From: Paramecium tetraurelia
Lineage: Eukaryota
Assembly (NCBI GenBank): GCA_000165425.1
Contig: CT868096.1
Span: 248,001-312,000 of the forward strand
Direction: 5' to 3'
DNA: 64,000 nucleotides
A program made the translations under genes and the position numbers. Under the pieces are notes generated by a model. That model did no database searches. It was given only the letters and a program-made list of their open reading frames with translations, and was not told the origin of the DNA. Below, piece by piece: positions 1-12,227 of the stretch. Each line of letters starts with the position of its first letter. Within the stretch, counting starts at the first letter, position 1.

Positions 1-443
1 ATTGGCAAGGAATCATTCTTCCCTTATTATTGTTATAGAGGAGAATTAATGAAGGATGATGCATTTTTATTTTGATTGGATTGTTTACTTAATTTTTTTA
101 AATTTTCTTTCGCAATCAAGAACTAGTTTTTGGCATCATCATCAAAAGATTCATCTGTAATTGAAGAATTAATATCTGAAACATCCAATTAATAAAGAGG
201 TTTTTATTATTTCAATTTCTTACCTTTCTTGTCTCTTCTGCTGGGTTACTATTTCTTATTCTCTTCCTTAGGAGATGGACTAGGTGACCCTGCTTGATGG
301 ATTACTTTGAGCTTTTATCTTATGTGATTAAAGTGCTCTTTGGCTTTCCCAGTGTTATCTTATTCCAAAGGCTCTTGTTATTACAAGATTAAGCTTTTTG
401 AAATTGATTTTCTTGGCCTTAATATTCTTTCAACTTATAACAT
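1..443 (-). CDS. Hypothetical low-complexity protein, 5' part (runs off window start)
   Basis: Code-6 frame open from ATG at 443: MLQVERILRPRKSISKSLILQQQEPLEQDNTGKAKEHFNHIRQK...; no TGA before the window edge. Confidence 0.7.
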
Positions 444-451
444 TAAAATTA

Positions 452-1369
452 ATGAGTAGAAAAAACTCTTACGAAAGAGCTTTTTAATCTGCTAATTCTT
501 GTAGAAACCAAGGAAGATAGTTGAATATCATTGATTTCATAATGAAATAAAACTTTTAGGAAAAGGGTCCTTCGACTATGGAATTTCAAGAAGAAACGAA
601 TAATCAGAAGTCCTGTGATTTGTGTTTGTAATTGTAGGATGAATTGAGTAAATTTGTGAAAATTGACAGATTCCAATAGGTTATTGATAAGTTGTGGTAA
701 AAGATGACTAAAATGGACATGGATAATTAAAGGGTTTTGTTGAAAATAGAGAATCTCGAAAAGGCTCTTTTAGATCAAAAAGGATATTTAGATGAGTTGT
801 ACGATCAACAACAATACAAATAATAGGATTAATCTCAAATAATTTAATAGGTGACCTTGGATAAAGGGTAGCTGGAGAAATTGGAAAAAAGAATTTCAAA
901 GGAAAACCTAGCAGGCATTAAGAATATTGAAGATAATTTATATAAAAGTCTAAACAAGGAAGTTCAATCAAAGTTTATGGTTATGCAAGAGAAAATGGAA
1001 GAAATTAATCAATAATTTGGAGGAGTAAACGAGTAGATTGAACTTTTTAATCATAAGCATGGAGTCACTAGAGAGGAATGCGAAGAAAGAATTAATTAAA
1101 TTGCTGCAATAGTTAATGAGAATAATCAGCTTTTAAGAGCCAATAATAATAGTGTGGGTGAAATGCAATAGCATGTAATTATTCTGTATTTTACATAGTA
1201 TAGTGAATTGGATGTAGATGTGATGAGAATATTTCAACATATTAAGACATTATTATAAAATGATTACAAAATAACAGAGATGGAGTAGAACATAACTGAT
1301 TTGAATTCGCAATTGATTTAATTGAGAAATGCTGTTAATGAAATTGGTGATTTTGTTTCAAAAATATGA
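452..1369 (+). CDS. Hypothetical coiled-coil protein
   Basis: MSRKNSYERAFQSANSCRNQ... open to TGA 1367-1369; E/K/Q/L heptad-like composition; probable 24-nt intron near 1175-1198. Confidence 0.75.
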
Positions 1370-1965
1370 AAAATATATAATCACTTTAATTTCAATAAAT
1401 CATCGATGAAGGTGTTATCATTCACTCAAAATAAGCTCAGTTGCTCAGGTTAACCTTGAAAAAAAGTGTTATGGATAGGTAATCCTAATAAATACATCCT
1501 TTACCTGCAGTCCAAAACAAGCCAAAACAGATGAAATTGTAAACGAGACAATAATCTGAAACTTCCATTCCTCCAAAAAAATAAGAAAAGAAAATGTAAA
1601 GATAAATGAGCAATTTCGAGAAAGGCAATTTCTTATATTTCTTATATGCTTAAAAGAATGGTTAGGTAGATCTTTAAATAATGTAGAAAAATGAAAAAGA
1701 GTTTGGGGAGTTCCTGAGAAAAACCTATAACTTTGAGCCTCCTTAAAAGACTGAGGGACCAAGCAAAAAGGGTCTTCTTTACCTTTCGAAAAGAGAAGAG
1801 AATGACGATTACATCAAAAAATTGACAAATTCGGTATTGTCACCTGGAAACAAAAGCACTTTAGGAGGAAAGGAGGTTCCTCTGGATTAAGTGATAAGTC
1901 AAATGTTCGAGAAACAACTAGAACGATTCCCTAGAGTGAAGTAGAAGATTGAAAGAACTCAATGA
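1366..1965 (+). CDS. Hypothetical protein (start either 1366 or 1471)
   Basis: Single code-6 open frame ...MDRQSQQIHPLPAVQNKPKQ...EFGEFLRKTYNFEPPQK...FPRVKQKIERTQ* ending at TGA 1963-1965. Confidence 0.65.
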
Positions 1966-1997
1966 CTTTATAAAAATAAATGTAAAAATACAAGAAT

Positions 1998-2653
1998 TCA
2001 TTCAATTTATTTGCTATTCTCTATCTATTGAATAATCTTTTGATTCTTCTCTGTTACTTCCTAAACTTATAGAATTTACATATCATACTCTAATTTAGGA
2101 CCTAAGAGACTTGAGTCGTTTGTCAAACTCAAATTATTCGTCTTCCAAGTCTGCTCTTTCTTACATGTATTAGAACAACTCTTAATTTAGATTCTCTAAC
2201 ATATTTTTGTAAGAAATTTGTAAATGACTTGAAATCTCAGTTTATGTAAAGAATAATTTTATTTAATTCTTAGCCTATTGTAATTATCTCAACTATTCAA
2301 TTTTGCCTTGCTTCTCCCCCTTTAATTCCTGTCTCTAAGACTCCAAATCGAATAATTGTTATTCGCCCAATTCCTACAGGTACTCCCTCAGATAAGGATC
2401 AACCATTGGACTTTCCTCCTGGTATTCTATTTATCAATCACTCTCTAATACACTTTAATTAGATTTGCTATATTTTGCTCTTGATATCTCCTAATTCCTG
2501 TCGTAATTCCTTATGTTCGCCCTCCTTCTACTTTAGCACTTGCAGCAATTCCTGTTGATATTGCTTTTCCTTGTTCACAATGACTTCCACATCCTCCAGC
2601 CCATCATCTGAAGGTGTCTATTCAACATAGTCTCCGTCAGCTTCCTCATACAT
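1998..2653 (-). CDS. Hypothetical acidic coiled-coil protein
   Basis: MYEEADGDYVEQTPSDDGLEDVEVIVNKEKQYQQELLQVLKQK...KIIQQIENSKQIE*; two short GT-AG introns inferred. Confidence 0.7.
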
Positions 2654-2677
2654 TAATTCTTAATTATTATTTTTTTA

Positions 2678-3608
2678 ATGTCTTGGATTAACTAAAACCA
2701 AGTTACCTTCAACAAACCCAACAACTTGCTTAGTTTGTTTAGTGCATCACAAGATTAGCTGCATCACGAGCCCATCGAATAATTTACCAAACTTCCCCCT
2801 CACCTTTACACTAAATATAAAGGAAAGAAGCCTTCCCAAATTCTCTATGAAGAGGTTGTTCATTTAAATAACCCAATAGATCTACAAGGAAATTATTGAA
2901 ACTCCCAATATCAACAGATTTCTATAGCCTCCTCCACAATAAGAATTGAAAGATCAGAATTTTAAATGTTGGTAATGTTAAAAAGAGATATCAAATGGCT
3001 TCCTTACAATAGGTGCTAATTGCGATTAGTGCTTCTTTCATGGCCGCTACTTTTGTAACGACTGCATGTCTGTAGTTCGAATGCCTATTCCCTGGAAGGC
3101 CTTGGATAATTTTGATCTAAGACACTATAAGGTTTCTAAACTTGCTTAATCCGAAATAGATAAATTATATGCCTTGCCAATTTTAGAAATTACTACAGAT
3201 TCTAAATTATTGCAGGCTAACAAAACTCTATTTGAATTTCTCGTGCTCAAAAGATAAATTCATTTGTTGTATGACATGATCTGCGATCCTAAATTAGTAC
3301 AAACCTTATTAGATTAAAGAATGAACCTTTGCTTAAAAAGAAATTGCTTCAGTTTAAAGGACCTATATGAGATATACAATGGAAGTCTGACTAAGGTCAT
3401 TTAAGGATATTATATTATACTGTTTAAACATATTGATGTTTGTAAGAGTTGCCAAAAAAGGGGACACATTTGCATTATTTGTAAGCATATGGTGCCAATT
3501 CATGCATTTGATATCAAGAATGTCACTTATTGTGACACTTGTTTAAAAGTATATCATAGAGAATGTGTTGAATCAAAATCATGTCCGAATTGTTTACAAT
3601 AGAGATGA
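2678..3608 (+). CDS. Rubicon-homology (RH, zf-RING_9) domain protein, DEF8/PLEKHM1/Rubicon-like
   Basis: After a 25-nt intron (2855-2879): LKDQNFKCWQCQKEI...CFFHGRYFCNDC...IPWKALDNFDLRHYKVSK...HIDVCKSCQKRGHICIIC...CDTCLKVYHREC...CPNC, the Cys/His pattern of the RH domain. Confidence 0.85.
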
Positions 3609-3702
3609 TATTATATTTATGAATAGAACAATTACTAATTATTATATTTTCATTCTATTTGAAATTAAAATAATAAATATTTTTCAGAATCTAAAGGTTT
3701 TT

Positions 3703-5176
3703 TCAATTTTCATCTACTTTTTCCATCATTTGAACAATGTCAGCATTTTCAGTGTTCTCAATCAAAAAGCTGCTTCCTTGAATAGTGGGTTGAGATTTAG
3801 AATTTTATAATTGAGAAAGGGAATTTGATGAGAGTTTACTACCCAACCAGCCACCATCTATCACTTATTAATAGATTATCTGAAATCTACAGGAAGGGCA
3901 ATTAAGAATTTTCATTAGCCATTTCATTAAGCATTGATGGTGAAATACATGACCACAGGGTGTTATACTAATTTCCTTGAGATTTAAATCATCCATACAG
4001 ACTACACATTGAGTTGTTTAACTGTACGAAGGGTTTATTTAGACGAAATCTTCATAATCATAACTTTCGAAATATTTCTTGAAAAACTAGCTAGAAAAGT
4101 TCTTAGGGTTATTTTCTATTTTGGGAGGTCGAACCTTAATTCTTCTCCTCTTTTTCACTATAATTTCTTTCTGTTTACATAAATTTGTGACTCCAAAACA
4201 AAGAATAATCATAATGATATTAAAGGAGGCAAATGCTAAAAACATACAATTGCCACTCAATATTGTAGCAGTTTGTTCTGGCTTCATTATTATATTTATT
4301 GTCTAATCTGTTTGACTTTGCAATCCTACAATCAAAGTGTTTGCATCTTTAAACTTTATTTTGAAATTCTGAATCAATTTAGTGAGACTCAATTAACTAT
4401 GGAGGATAGCAGTGTAGGAGGTTTGATCGGGAATCTCAAAACCTTTGTATCCCAAGAGTCCAAAGCTAGCAGCTACAAAAATTGAATGATTATTTACTAA
4501 TTGGATCAATGACATCATCAGCAATTAAAATAGCCTCTTTATCAAATTAAAATGACAAATACACAGCTTTATGAGGTGATAAATGAATCTTATAATTTAC
4601 ATCTTAATCTATTCTGAGTAACTCGAATTGGCAATATGATCCAAAGTATCCTGTTTCGCATTCGCAATTTTGATTACACTTAGAATTTTGCATCGTTTTA
4701 CTGATGATAAATCCCTAACAGTTGTTAGTGCATGTAGAACGAGGTTTTGAATAAACTTCTATTTTTAGTTTAAATGGCCCAAATCTATCTCTGGCATAAT
4801 AGTATATGTTATCCATATAATTCAGTTCAATCAAATGGGTGTGATAATGGATTTAAATTGATTCATAATCGAAAAACATAACCTTTTGGCTTTCAATAAA
4901 TATTGGCTTTACCGTTGTATTAAAGTCCGTATCATGAATTTCTTCCCTAGACACAAGTGCGATAGGGTAATTCACATTCTCAAAATAAAATGCTATTAAT
5001 AAATTCTCATCATTCTTTTCTACCTTGATTATCCCTGATATTTCATTATTTCCATACAGTTCAAGTGTTTTTAATAATTTTTGTCCTTTAATCGCTATAA
5101 TGTGGAGAAGTAAAAATTAGATCATTATACAATTAAATATCTGAAAAAATAAAAAAACTAATATTATTGCTACCAT
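3703..5176 (-). CDS. Type I transmembrane RING-H2 E3 ubiquitin ligase with extracellular EGF-like domain
   Basis: Hydrophobic N-terminus MVAIILVFLFFQIFNC; EGF-like CTNNC...CNQNCECETGYFGSYC; TM segment FLAFASFNIIMIILCFGV followed by KKRRR; RING-H2 CVVC...CGHVFHHQC...W...CPSCR. Confidence 0.88.
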
Positions 5177-5334
5177 TATTCACAATTTTGAGGCGTTGCT
5201 AACAATTATTAAAATAGTTAATATCAATTCATAAAGTATTAACATAATTATTCATCCTCAAACAAATTATATATATAATCAACCTTAATCAAACCATTAT
5301 TTCAAAAATATTCATTATTATTATATTAAATAAT

Positions 5335-6429
5335 ATGCTTTAATTTTAAAGTTGTGTGAATAATATTATTCTAAAGTAAGCTTACGAGGAAATTAATGAA
5401 ACAGCAGATATGCCTCAAGTTTTGAAGCATTCCTCATTAACTCCTATGCCAATAGAAATGACAGCATCCTTATTAAGAATTAAGTAATAATTGCTTAAAG
5501 AAAATGAAAATGAATCATAGAGATAAATATTATTAAAAGCAGGCTCATTAGAAATAATTAGATTTATAAGTTAATTGGCAGATATGTATACAACATAATC
5601 TAAAGATAAAAATAAGTCTGTAAATCAGATATTGAAATAAGAAAATTTAGGATTAGAATTGTATTTTCCATAATTATCTGTAGCTCCGATATTTTATCTG
5701 AAATGAGACATGCCTTAACTCATAAAGATATCCCAGACAAGAAATTAATTATTTCTACAATCAATTATATTATTAGCTATTTAGAGAAGAATTATTGGAA
5801 CATAAAATTGAAAGAATAATCCCCAATATTGCAAATACGAGCCAATATAAAACACTTTTTGGATTCATTAAATGAGGAAGATTACATTGCTTAATTTGAG
5901 ATATATGATTAATATTCTTAACAACAACAATAGATCATAGTAATATTTTGCTTGGATTATTTGATAGGTTTATCAGACTTTCATATTGTTCATAAGGTAA
6001 TTATACGTTTTTTTAATGTAGAGTACCGAATAAAGACTTCAAGATAGAAGAGTGGGAGATTAGAGAATCAAGATAATTTCCAAATTCACAATCTCTTTAA
6101 TTCAATTCTTGTATAATAATAAGAATACTAATCATGTTAAACGACAACTTGCCAGAAGATCATATATTTGCAATGATGAAGCTTTCTTAAAGCTTTACAA
6201 TAAGCTTAATGTGATTGGATATATAAAATCAAATATCAGAGAGTTTATTAAGACTTTAGAGCAAGAATTACCTGAACTACAGTCAAAAAAAATTCATTCA
6301 TCTTTAGAACTCAACTAAAAAGTTGAAAATATAGACGAAATAATCGAATAGAAGGTGAAAAAACCAAAATTAATTGGTTCTTTATATTGTGACTACGTAA
6401 ATAATATAAACAATTAAGATGATTTATGA
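5335..6429 (+). CDS. LAS1: Las1-like HEPN endoribonuclease (pre-rRNA ITS2 processing)
   Basis: PMPIEMTASLL...SLEIIRFISQLAD...SEMRHALTHKDIP...YLEKNYW matches the Las1 block pattern; HEPN motif RHALTH at 5706-5723. Confidence 0.72.
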
Positions 6430-6521
6430 TATGTCTAAAAATTGTTCCATAAATTTATTTAACTCATAGAATAGTAAAAATAAAAATATTTATGCATTAA
6501 TTATTTTATTTATTAAATTTA

Positions 6522-7433
6522 ATGAATTAACACAATTTAAAAGCAACTCTGGCCATTCCAAACTCTGGTTTTGACTATTGTTTGTCATAAGATGAGAAAC
6601 TATTTTACATTGTCTCAGCTGATCTATTAATGACCTATGAAATATCAACAGGGAAAAAAAACATTATAGCAAAATTAGATGAAATGAACTTAAGTCATCC
6701 TAAAATTTGTGTATCGTCAGATAATTCAATTTGTTGTGTGAGTGCATAAGCTATAATAAAGGGGCAAGTTACTTTTGTTCTACTAAAATTCGATTTAGAG
6801 AAGAAATTACTTTCGGAAACTTATATAAATTATCATTTGATGTAAGTTGAAATGCTAGAGTTTTTACAGAATTCTTAAATGTTAATTAGTTTAAGCATAG
6901 ATACAACAATCAAAATTTTTGACTTTGCTCATTAAAAACCAAAGACTATTTTAACAAGATGTAAGTACAGGGCACTTTATTGTAAGTTGATGTAGAATTA
7001 GAACAGATTAATTATTATTGATAATTTAAGTAAAGTACAGCTACTTGATGTAAATACTGAAAAACTGATAAAAAGTTTCTAGTTAAGATCAGGTAACTTT
7101 CGTAAGGCCATACTTGAAAAAAATGGCATAATGGCTTTGATTGCCAAATCTTAAAAATGCTTTTTGTATAATTTACCAAAGCAAAAACTAATTAGGAAGT
7201 ACGAGATAAGTGATGATTTTAAATAATTAATATTTCTCACTGACCATTTGATTTTATAAGATGATGGCTTGATTATACTAGTAAATATTGCCACTTGTAA
7301 ATAAAAGTAAATACACTTAAAAAACACTCAAGATTTAAATAATTTGATTTTATATCAAAACTTGAACAAATTAATCATATGTGATAAGGAATAAATATAC
7401 TTCTTAGATATTATATATCTTTAGGAATAATGA
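6522..7433 (+). CDS. Divergent WD40/beta-propeller protein
   Basis: Apparently intronless code-6 ORF; WD-like repeat HLMQVEMLEFLQNSQMLISLSIDTTIKIFDF and repeated short beta-strand motifs. Confidence 0.7.
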
Positions 7434-7692
7434 TTCACTTTAATATGTTATTTTTATCATTTTAAATTAATTACATTTCAAATATTTTTGAAAAATATCT
7501 TGATTTAAAAATTGTTAAACTTAAAATACTAAATCAATTTTAAAGGACAATATTCTATAATTCTAGTATAAAACCATTTCATAATTTTAAAGTCCTATAG
7601 CTTCATTTATTACAATAAATTTTAAATATTTGTTGATTAATTTTACATTATATTACATATTGCAATTGTTTAATAATATGCACTTTATAAAT

Positions 7693-8268
7693 TCATTAAT
7701 TTTATTTATTAATCATTTTTCGGCATGAGCTTTAACATTTTTTCTTTCTTTGATACATAAGTTAATTATGTCTTAAGTATAAATCAATATCAGTTTTATT
7801 TTGTTGAATGAATCTGGAACACCACAAAAAATTTCCAAAAAATTTTCTAGCAATCCTCCTAGCCAGCTTTGATTTGAATAATTTCTAAAAATGCATCCGG
7901 TTGTAATTTTGGCTTTGGATTTTTACAAATTAGATTATAAATGGGTCCTATTTTACTATCTGCTAATCAAAACTATTAATAATGAATGATGATAATTTCT
8001 TCCCTATATTCTTATAATAGTTTTTTGTTTCACCAGGATATATATAAGGACTGAACTTAACAATCTTTTTCTTCCTAACTTCCTAAATTGATTCCGATTC
8101 GTACTCTTCTTTAACTTCTTGCTTTATTATTTGTTCTCCAGCTTCCTAAAACAGTTAACAAGCTTAAATGTAAGGTGGAGGAACAGGGTACACATATATT
8201 CCATAAGGGTAGCAAAATAAACCCTAAAGAGGGATTGATGAATTTTAGGATTATAAAATGTCTTTCAT
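7693..8268 (-). CDS. Hypothetical basic protein with TKNxxKNxGK motif
   Basis: MKDILQSQNSSIPLQGLFCYPYGIYVYPVPPPY...GETKNYYKNIGKKLSSFI...RRIARKFFGNF; the motif resembles one I recall from uncharacterised ciliate proteins. Confidence 0.7.
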
Positions 8269-8289
8269 ATTTTATTTCAGTAGTAAAAA

Positions 8290-9150
8290 AGTCATGTTAG
8301 TTTCAATATCTAATCAATATTAAGAACAAAAAGCGCTTTTAGATGTTGTCATTCAGGATTATTTATATAAAATCATACGTTTCTTTTCCCAAAATACTCA
8401 AAAATGTATCAAGTCAACTAGAGTATCCAAATATTAATTCTATGAATGATTATTTTGTATTTTATATTTAGGTCTAGGTATTCTGAGGTTTATTGTTATT
8501 TTTTGGATTCAATGCAAAAAATATCAAGCAAATAAATCTATCAATCGAAACCATTATTCAGGCTCATAAATCTAAATAAATGAAAATTCGAACTAGAAAT
8601 TGAATGAAGTAAACTGACCAACTCATAAATGATGCTCCTTACTCTCTGTCTCACACATTTATGTATATTTGAAAAATAATTTACTATTTAAATTGAAATA
8701 TCAATTAAATAGTTAAACCTATCCCAATCTAGCAATCATAATCCAACATTTCAAAACTTATAAAAGAAAGAAGCCGATTCATATTTACAAAGTATGAGGA
8801 AGCAAAAGGACTTAATAATTTAAAAAATTTCCTTAAAAAGATTGGAAAAATACAATAGAATTAATAATTAATCTATTTGAGTTATTTTAAATTTAAAAAT
8901 GGCATCCATTTTATTAATAAATGAAAAAATGCTTACATATTGAACTTATTAAGGCTATATGATTAGCACTTTAAAAAAAAATTGGTATTTAAAAGGAATA
9001 TCAAGAAATTTTATAACATCATCAATATTTTTTGGGATGCAATTAAAAAAATTGAATTACCTCTCGAAATAGTGTCAACAATGCATGAATTCTCCTTTTG
9101 TTAATGTTAAAATTTTTTGGTCATTTTGTATTGGAATTTTAATGATTATA
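8290..9150 (+). pseudogene. Possible decayed gene remnant
   Basis: Coding-like fragments (ERSRFIFTKYEEAKGLNNLKNFLKKIGK...) broken by TGA and frame changes; I could not build a consistent spliced ORF. Confidence 0.3.
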
Positions 9151-9162
9151 TTAAATACTTGA

Positions 9163-10894
9163 ATGGATTTTTAAATTTGCTAAAATACTCAAAGTCCAGA
9201 AAAATTTCTATGCTTAAATGAGGAATGCTATTCGGCCGAAAAAAAACACATACAATGTTACCAGTGTCTAACTAAATAGCATCTAAGCAAGAACAAGGTA
9301 GTAAGACATGTGGACGATTTCATAGAGCTAGAATAATTTATAAATGAAATAAAAAAAAAACAAACAAGAAGACAAACATACATCTAAATGATATTTTAAT
9401 AGGCAATCGACTTTTAGAAGAGTAAAATTTAGGAAGTTTAATTGAGCAGAAATCCTGACTTAATTAAGAATGCAACAGAAAAGATAGAAGGAGACACCAC
9501 AAAATTCCTTAGGTCTCTGAGCACTTTATATTTGGATCAAAAGTTCACATTTCCTTACCAAAACTCATTTCATGTGTAATATGTAAAATTTTACTTTGAA
9601 AATGAAAATAAATATTAAGAAGACTCAAAATCGAAATTATCAATCCTATTCTCATAAACTGAGAAGTACATGCAGACTCTTGATCTAGACATTCGTACTA
9701 CCATGAAAAGGTTAATATTAGATTAATTATGTATTTAGGTCTTATTAGAAATTAGAACTGCTGGAAAAATAAGTCACTTAATTTAGTAAATCGTCATTTT
9801 ACAATAAGTTATAATTATTAATACTCCTATTAATATTGCCATATCTAGTGTATTTGTAAATCAATCAACTGGAGATAATAAAATATTAGAGACAATATGA
9901 ATAGACATCTCAAATATAAGAGTATTTAATATAAGAATTAGTCAGTATTAAGGATAAATATAACATGCTTGATAAAAAGATGGAATATTTAATGATGAAT
10001 GAGACTGAAGATGTTTTGGCTTTGAATAAAACCATAACGGAAGCAGTAGATGGTGTTTAAAAATTAAAGCTTCGATTTGATGCTTTTAAATAAAGTTCAA
10101 CTTCTAATTTAGAGAAATTTAGGATAAATATATAGAATAGCATAGAAACTTTACAAAATAATATAACATATCTTCAGACTTAGGAAAACAATTTTGGAAA
10201 TTAAATTTCATAAATTTCATCAAAGATAAATGTTCTATTTTTAAAGAAAGATGATATGAAACAACTATTGGAGTTATAGAAGAAGGAGAAATCTAGAAGA
10301 TTAAAGGAGATAATAAATTAGTTGGAAGAGAAACAAGTAATGAGAAGGATAATTCAATTGAAGAATTACTTGTATTCACTTTTGCATTACAGACATTTAA
10401 TAAAAATTCATTTAAATTTATCAAAATCAGAACTCAAAGATTTTTAATTGATTTATGAAGAATTATTTGATAAGCCAGTGTTAGTTTATACAATGATATC
10501 TATATAATAAAAAGTCTTTAAAAATGAGGGTGACAATCCTTTAGTATGTTTAGGAGGATTGAGTATCAATAGTTTGGATAGCATTGATTTAATAGCGTGT
10601 GACTTCGCTAATGATATTTTTAACCCAACTTTTGAGTCAGATAAGGCTGTAAAAAGTAGTCATGGAGATATCTACTGGTATTAAGTATAGGAATCTTCAT
10701 TTGGATTTGCACCGAATGAAAATATAAAACTATTATATTGCGATGATTACGACGAAGAAAACGAGTACAGATTAAGTTATTGGTATAATCTGCGATCATC
10801 TTCAGGTGGACGTAGATTGGGTAAATTCACATTGTTAGAGAATTCATAAGAACATATGTTGTAAATATATTTATTGAAGGCTCCATTTTAATGA
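9163..10894 (+). CDS. Membrane protein: N-terminal Cys/His finger, single TM, coiled coil, C-terminal globular domain
   Basis: CLNEEC...CYQCLTKQH...H near the N-terminus; TM LLILLLILPYLVYL; C-terminus LVCLGG...IYWY...SFGFAPNENI...RLSYW...GGRRLG; one 28-nt intron near 9711-9738. Confidence 0.75.
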
Positions 10895-10927
10895 TATGTT
10901 CAAATATTTATTATTATATTTATCAAC

Positions 10928-11989
10928 TCATTAATGTGGTCTCACTAAGATCTTTCCTGATGTTTGATTCTTTTTGTAAAATTAGATGCCTTCATTAATT
11001 TTGTCAAGTGGATATTGTTTAGCATACTCTGTCTTAAGTGTTGTTTTAAGTAAAGCATTCAAATTCTTTTTAGCATTTTCATCAACAAATGGGTTATACT
11101 TGTGAATCAAAGTAGTCAACCAGAACCCTTTGATGGTTTTACCCTAGAAAATCAAAGAAATTGCACTAATATCGCTGACTGGCTATCCTGATAATAACCC
11201 ATAAAGAAGAGCAGTTGATTTATTAGGCAATTAGCTGAGTATTTCTCCTGTAATATTGCCACCAATGCAATCAAAAAAGACGGTAGCACTAAAAAATAAT
11301 TAACAATTCTTACTTCAATTTATGGGCCAAGGCATTTAAATCCTTCTAAAAGGTCTCTGATGTTTGATTTAACACATATTTAGCACCTTCCTTTTAGAGA
11401 AGCTCAACCTACTCTTGTCTTCTCACTACATTTATGACATCGATTCCTGAATCTTAGAAATATTTGACTAACATTCTGCCCAAGGCTGAACTTGCAGCAG
11501 TATGAACTATAGCCTTGGCTCCTAATTCCTAAGTTTCAATCAACATGAGTAGGACTGTGATAGGGTTAACGATAGATGAGGCTCCGGCTTCAAAAGATAT
11601 ATCATCATCTAATGGGATTATTTGTTGGCTGGTAGTCAACGAATACTGACCATAGCTACCATAGTTGGAATAAGCAGTAAATGCAACCTTGGTGCCCACC
11701 TTCACATTTTCTACATTGGGTCTATCAGATATATCACTAATAAAGAATACCCTATTTGAACTACTACTCCTGATCCCTCAATTCCTGGGACTGCTGGCAA
11801 TACTTTTCCAGATGGATAATGTCCATCATTTAATGATAGATCTGATGGATTGACTGGTGCTGCTTCAACCTTTATCAATACTTCTCCTTCTTTTAATTCA
11901 GGAGTTTTAATTTCAGCAATCTGAAGTTCTTTTCCGTACTCTGCTAATTAGGCTGCCTTAAAGGTTTTAGGAATTTCGAATTGTTACAT
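10928..11989 (-). CDS. Medium-chain dehydrogenase/reductase, zinc-independent (quinone oxidoreductase / enoyl-thioester reductase-like)
   Basis: EVLIKVEAAPVNPSDL...PGIEGSGVV...IVNPITV...AIVHTAASSALGRML...IKGFWL; two short introns; no catalytic Zn Cys. Confidence 0.92.
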
Positions 11990-12227
11990 TATTTATAATT
12001 TATTTTTTTCTGGGTATCCTTGAATTTAAATTGTTGAGAATAATTCCGAATTCCAAAAATTATTTTGTTACTTCATCAAAATAATCAAACAATTGGATAA
12101 ATTAAATATATATATAATATGAAGATTTAAGTTACTACCAAGGAGGGAAGGATGAAAAATTGCAGAATAGAATAAGATCAATACTATTGATAAAAGTATT
12201 TAATTGAAAATTAAAAATATTTATAAA

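Noticed and set aside
449..899. Minus-strand ORFs 449-676 and 708-899, and similar short hydrophobic track ORFs elsewhere
   Set aside because: They are antisense or off-frame shadows of real code-6 genes.
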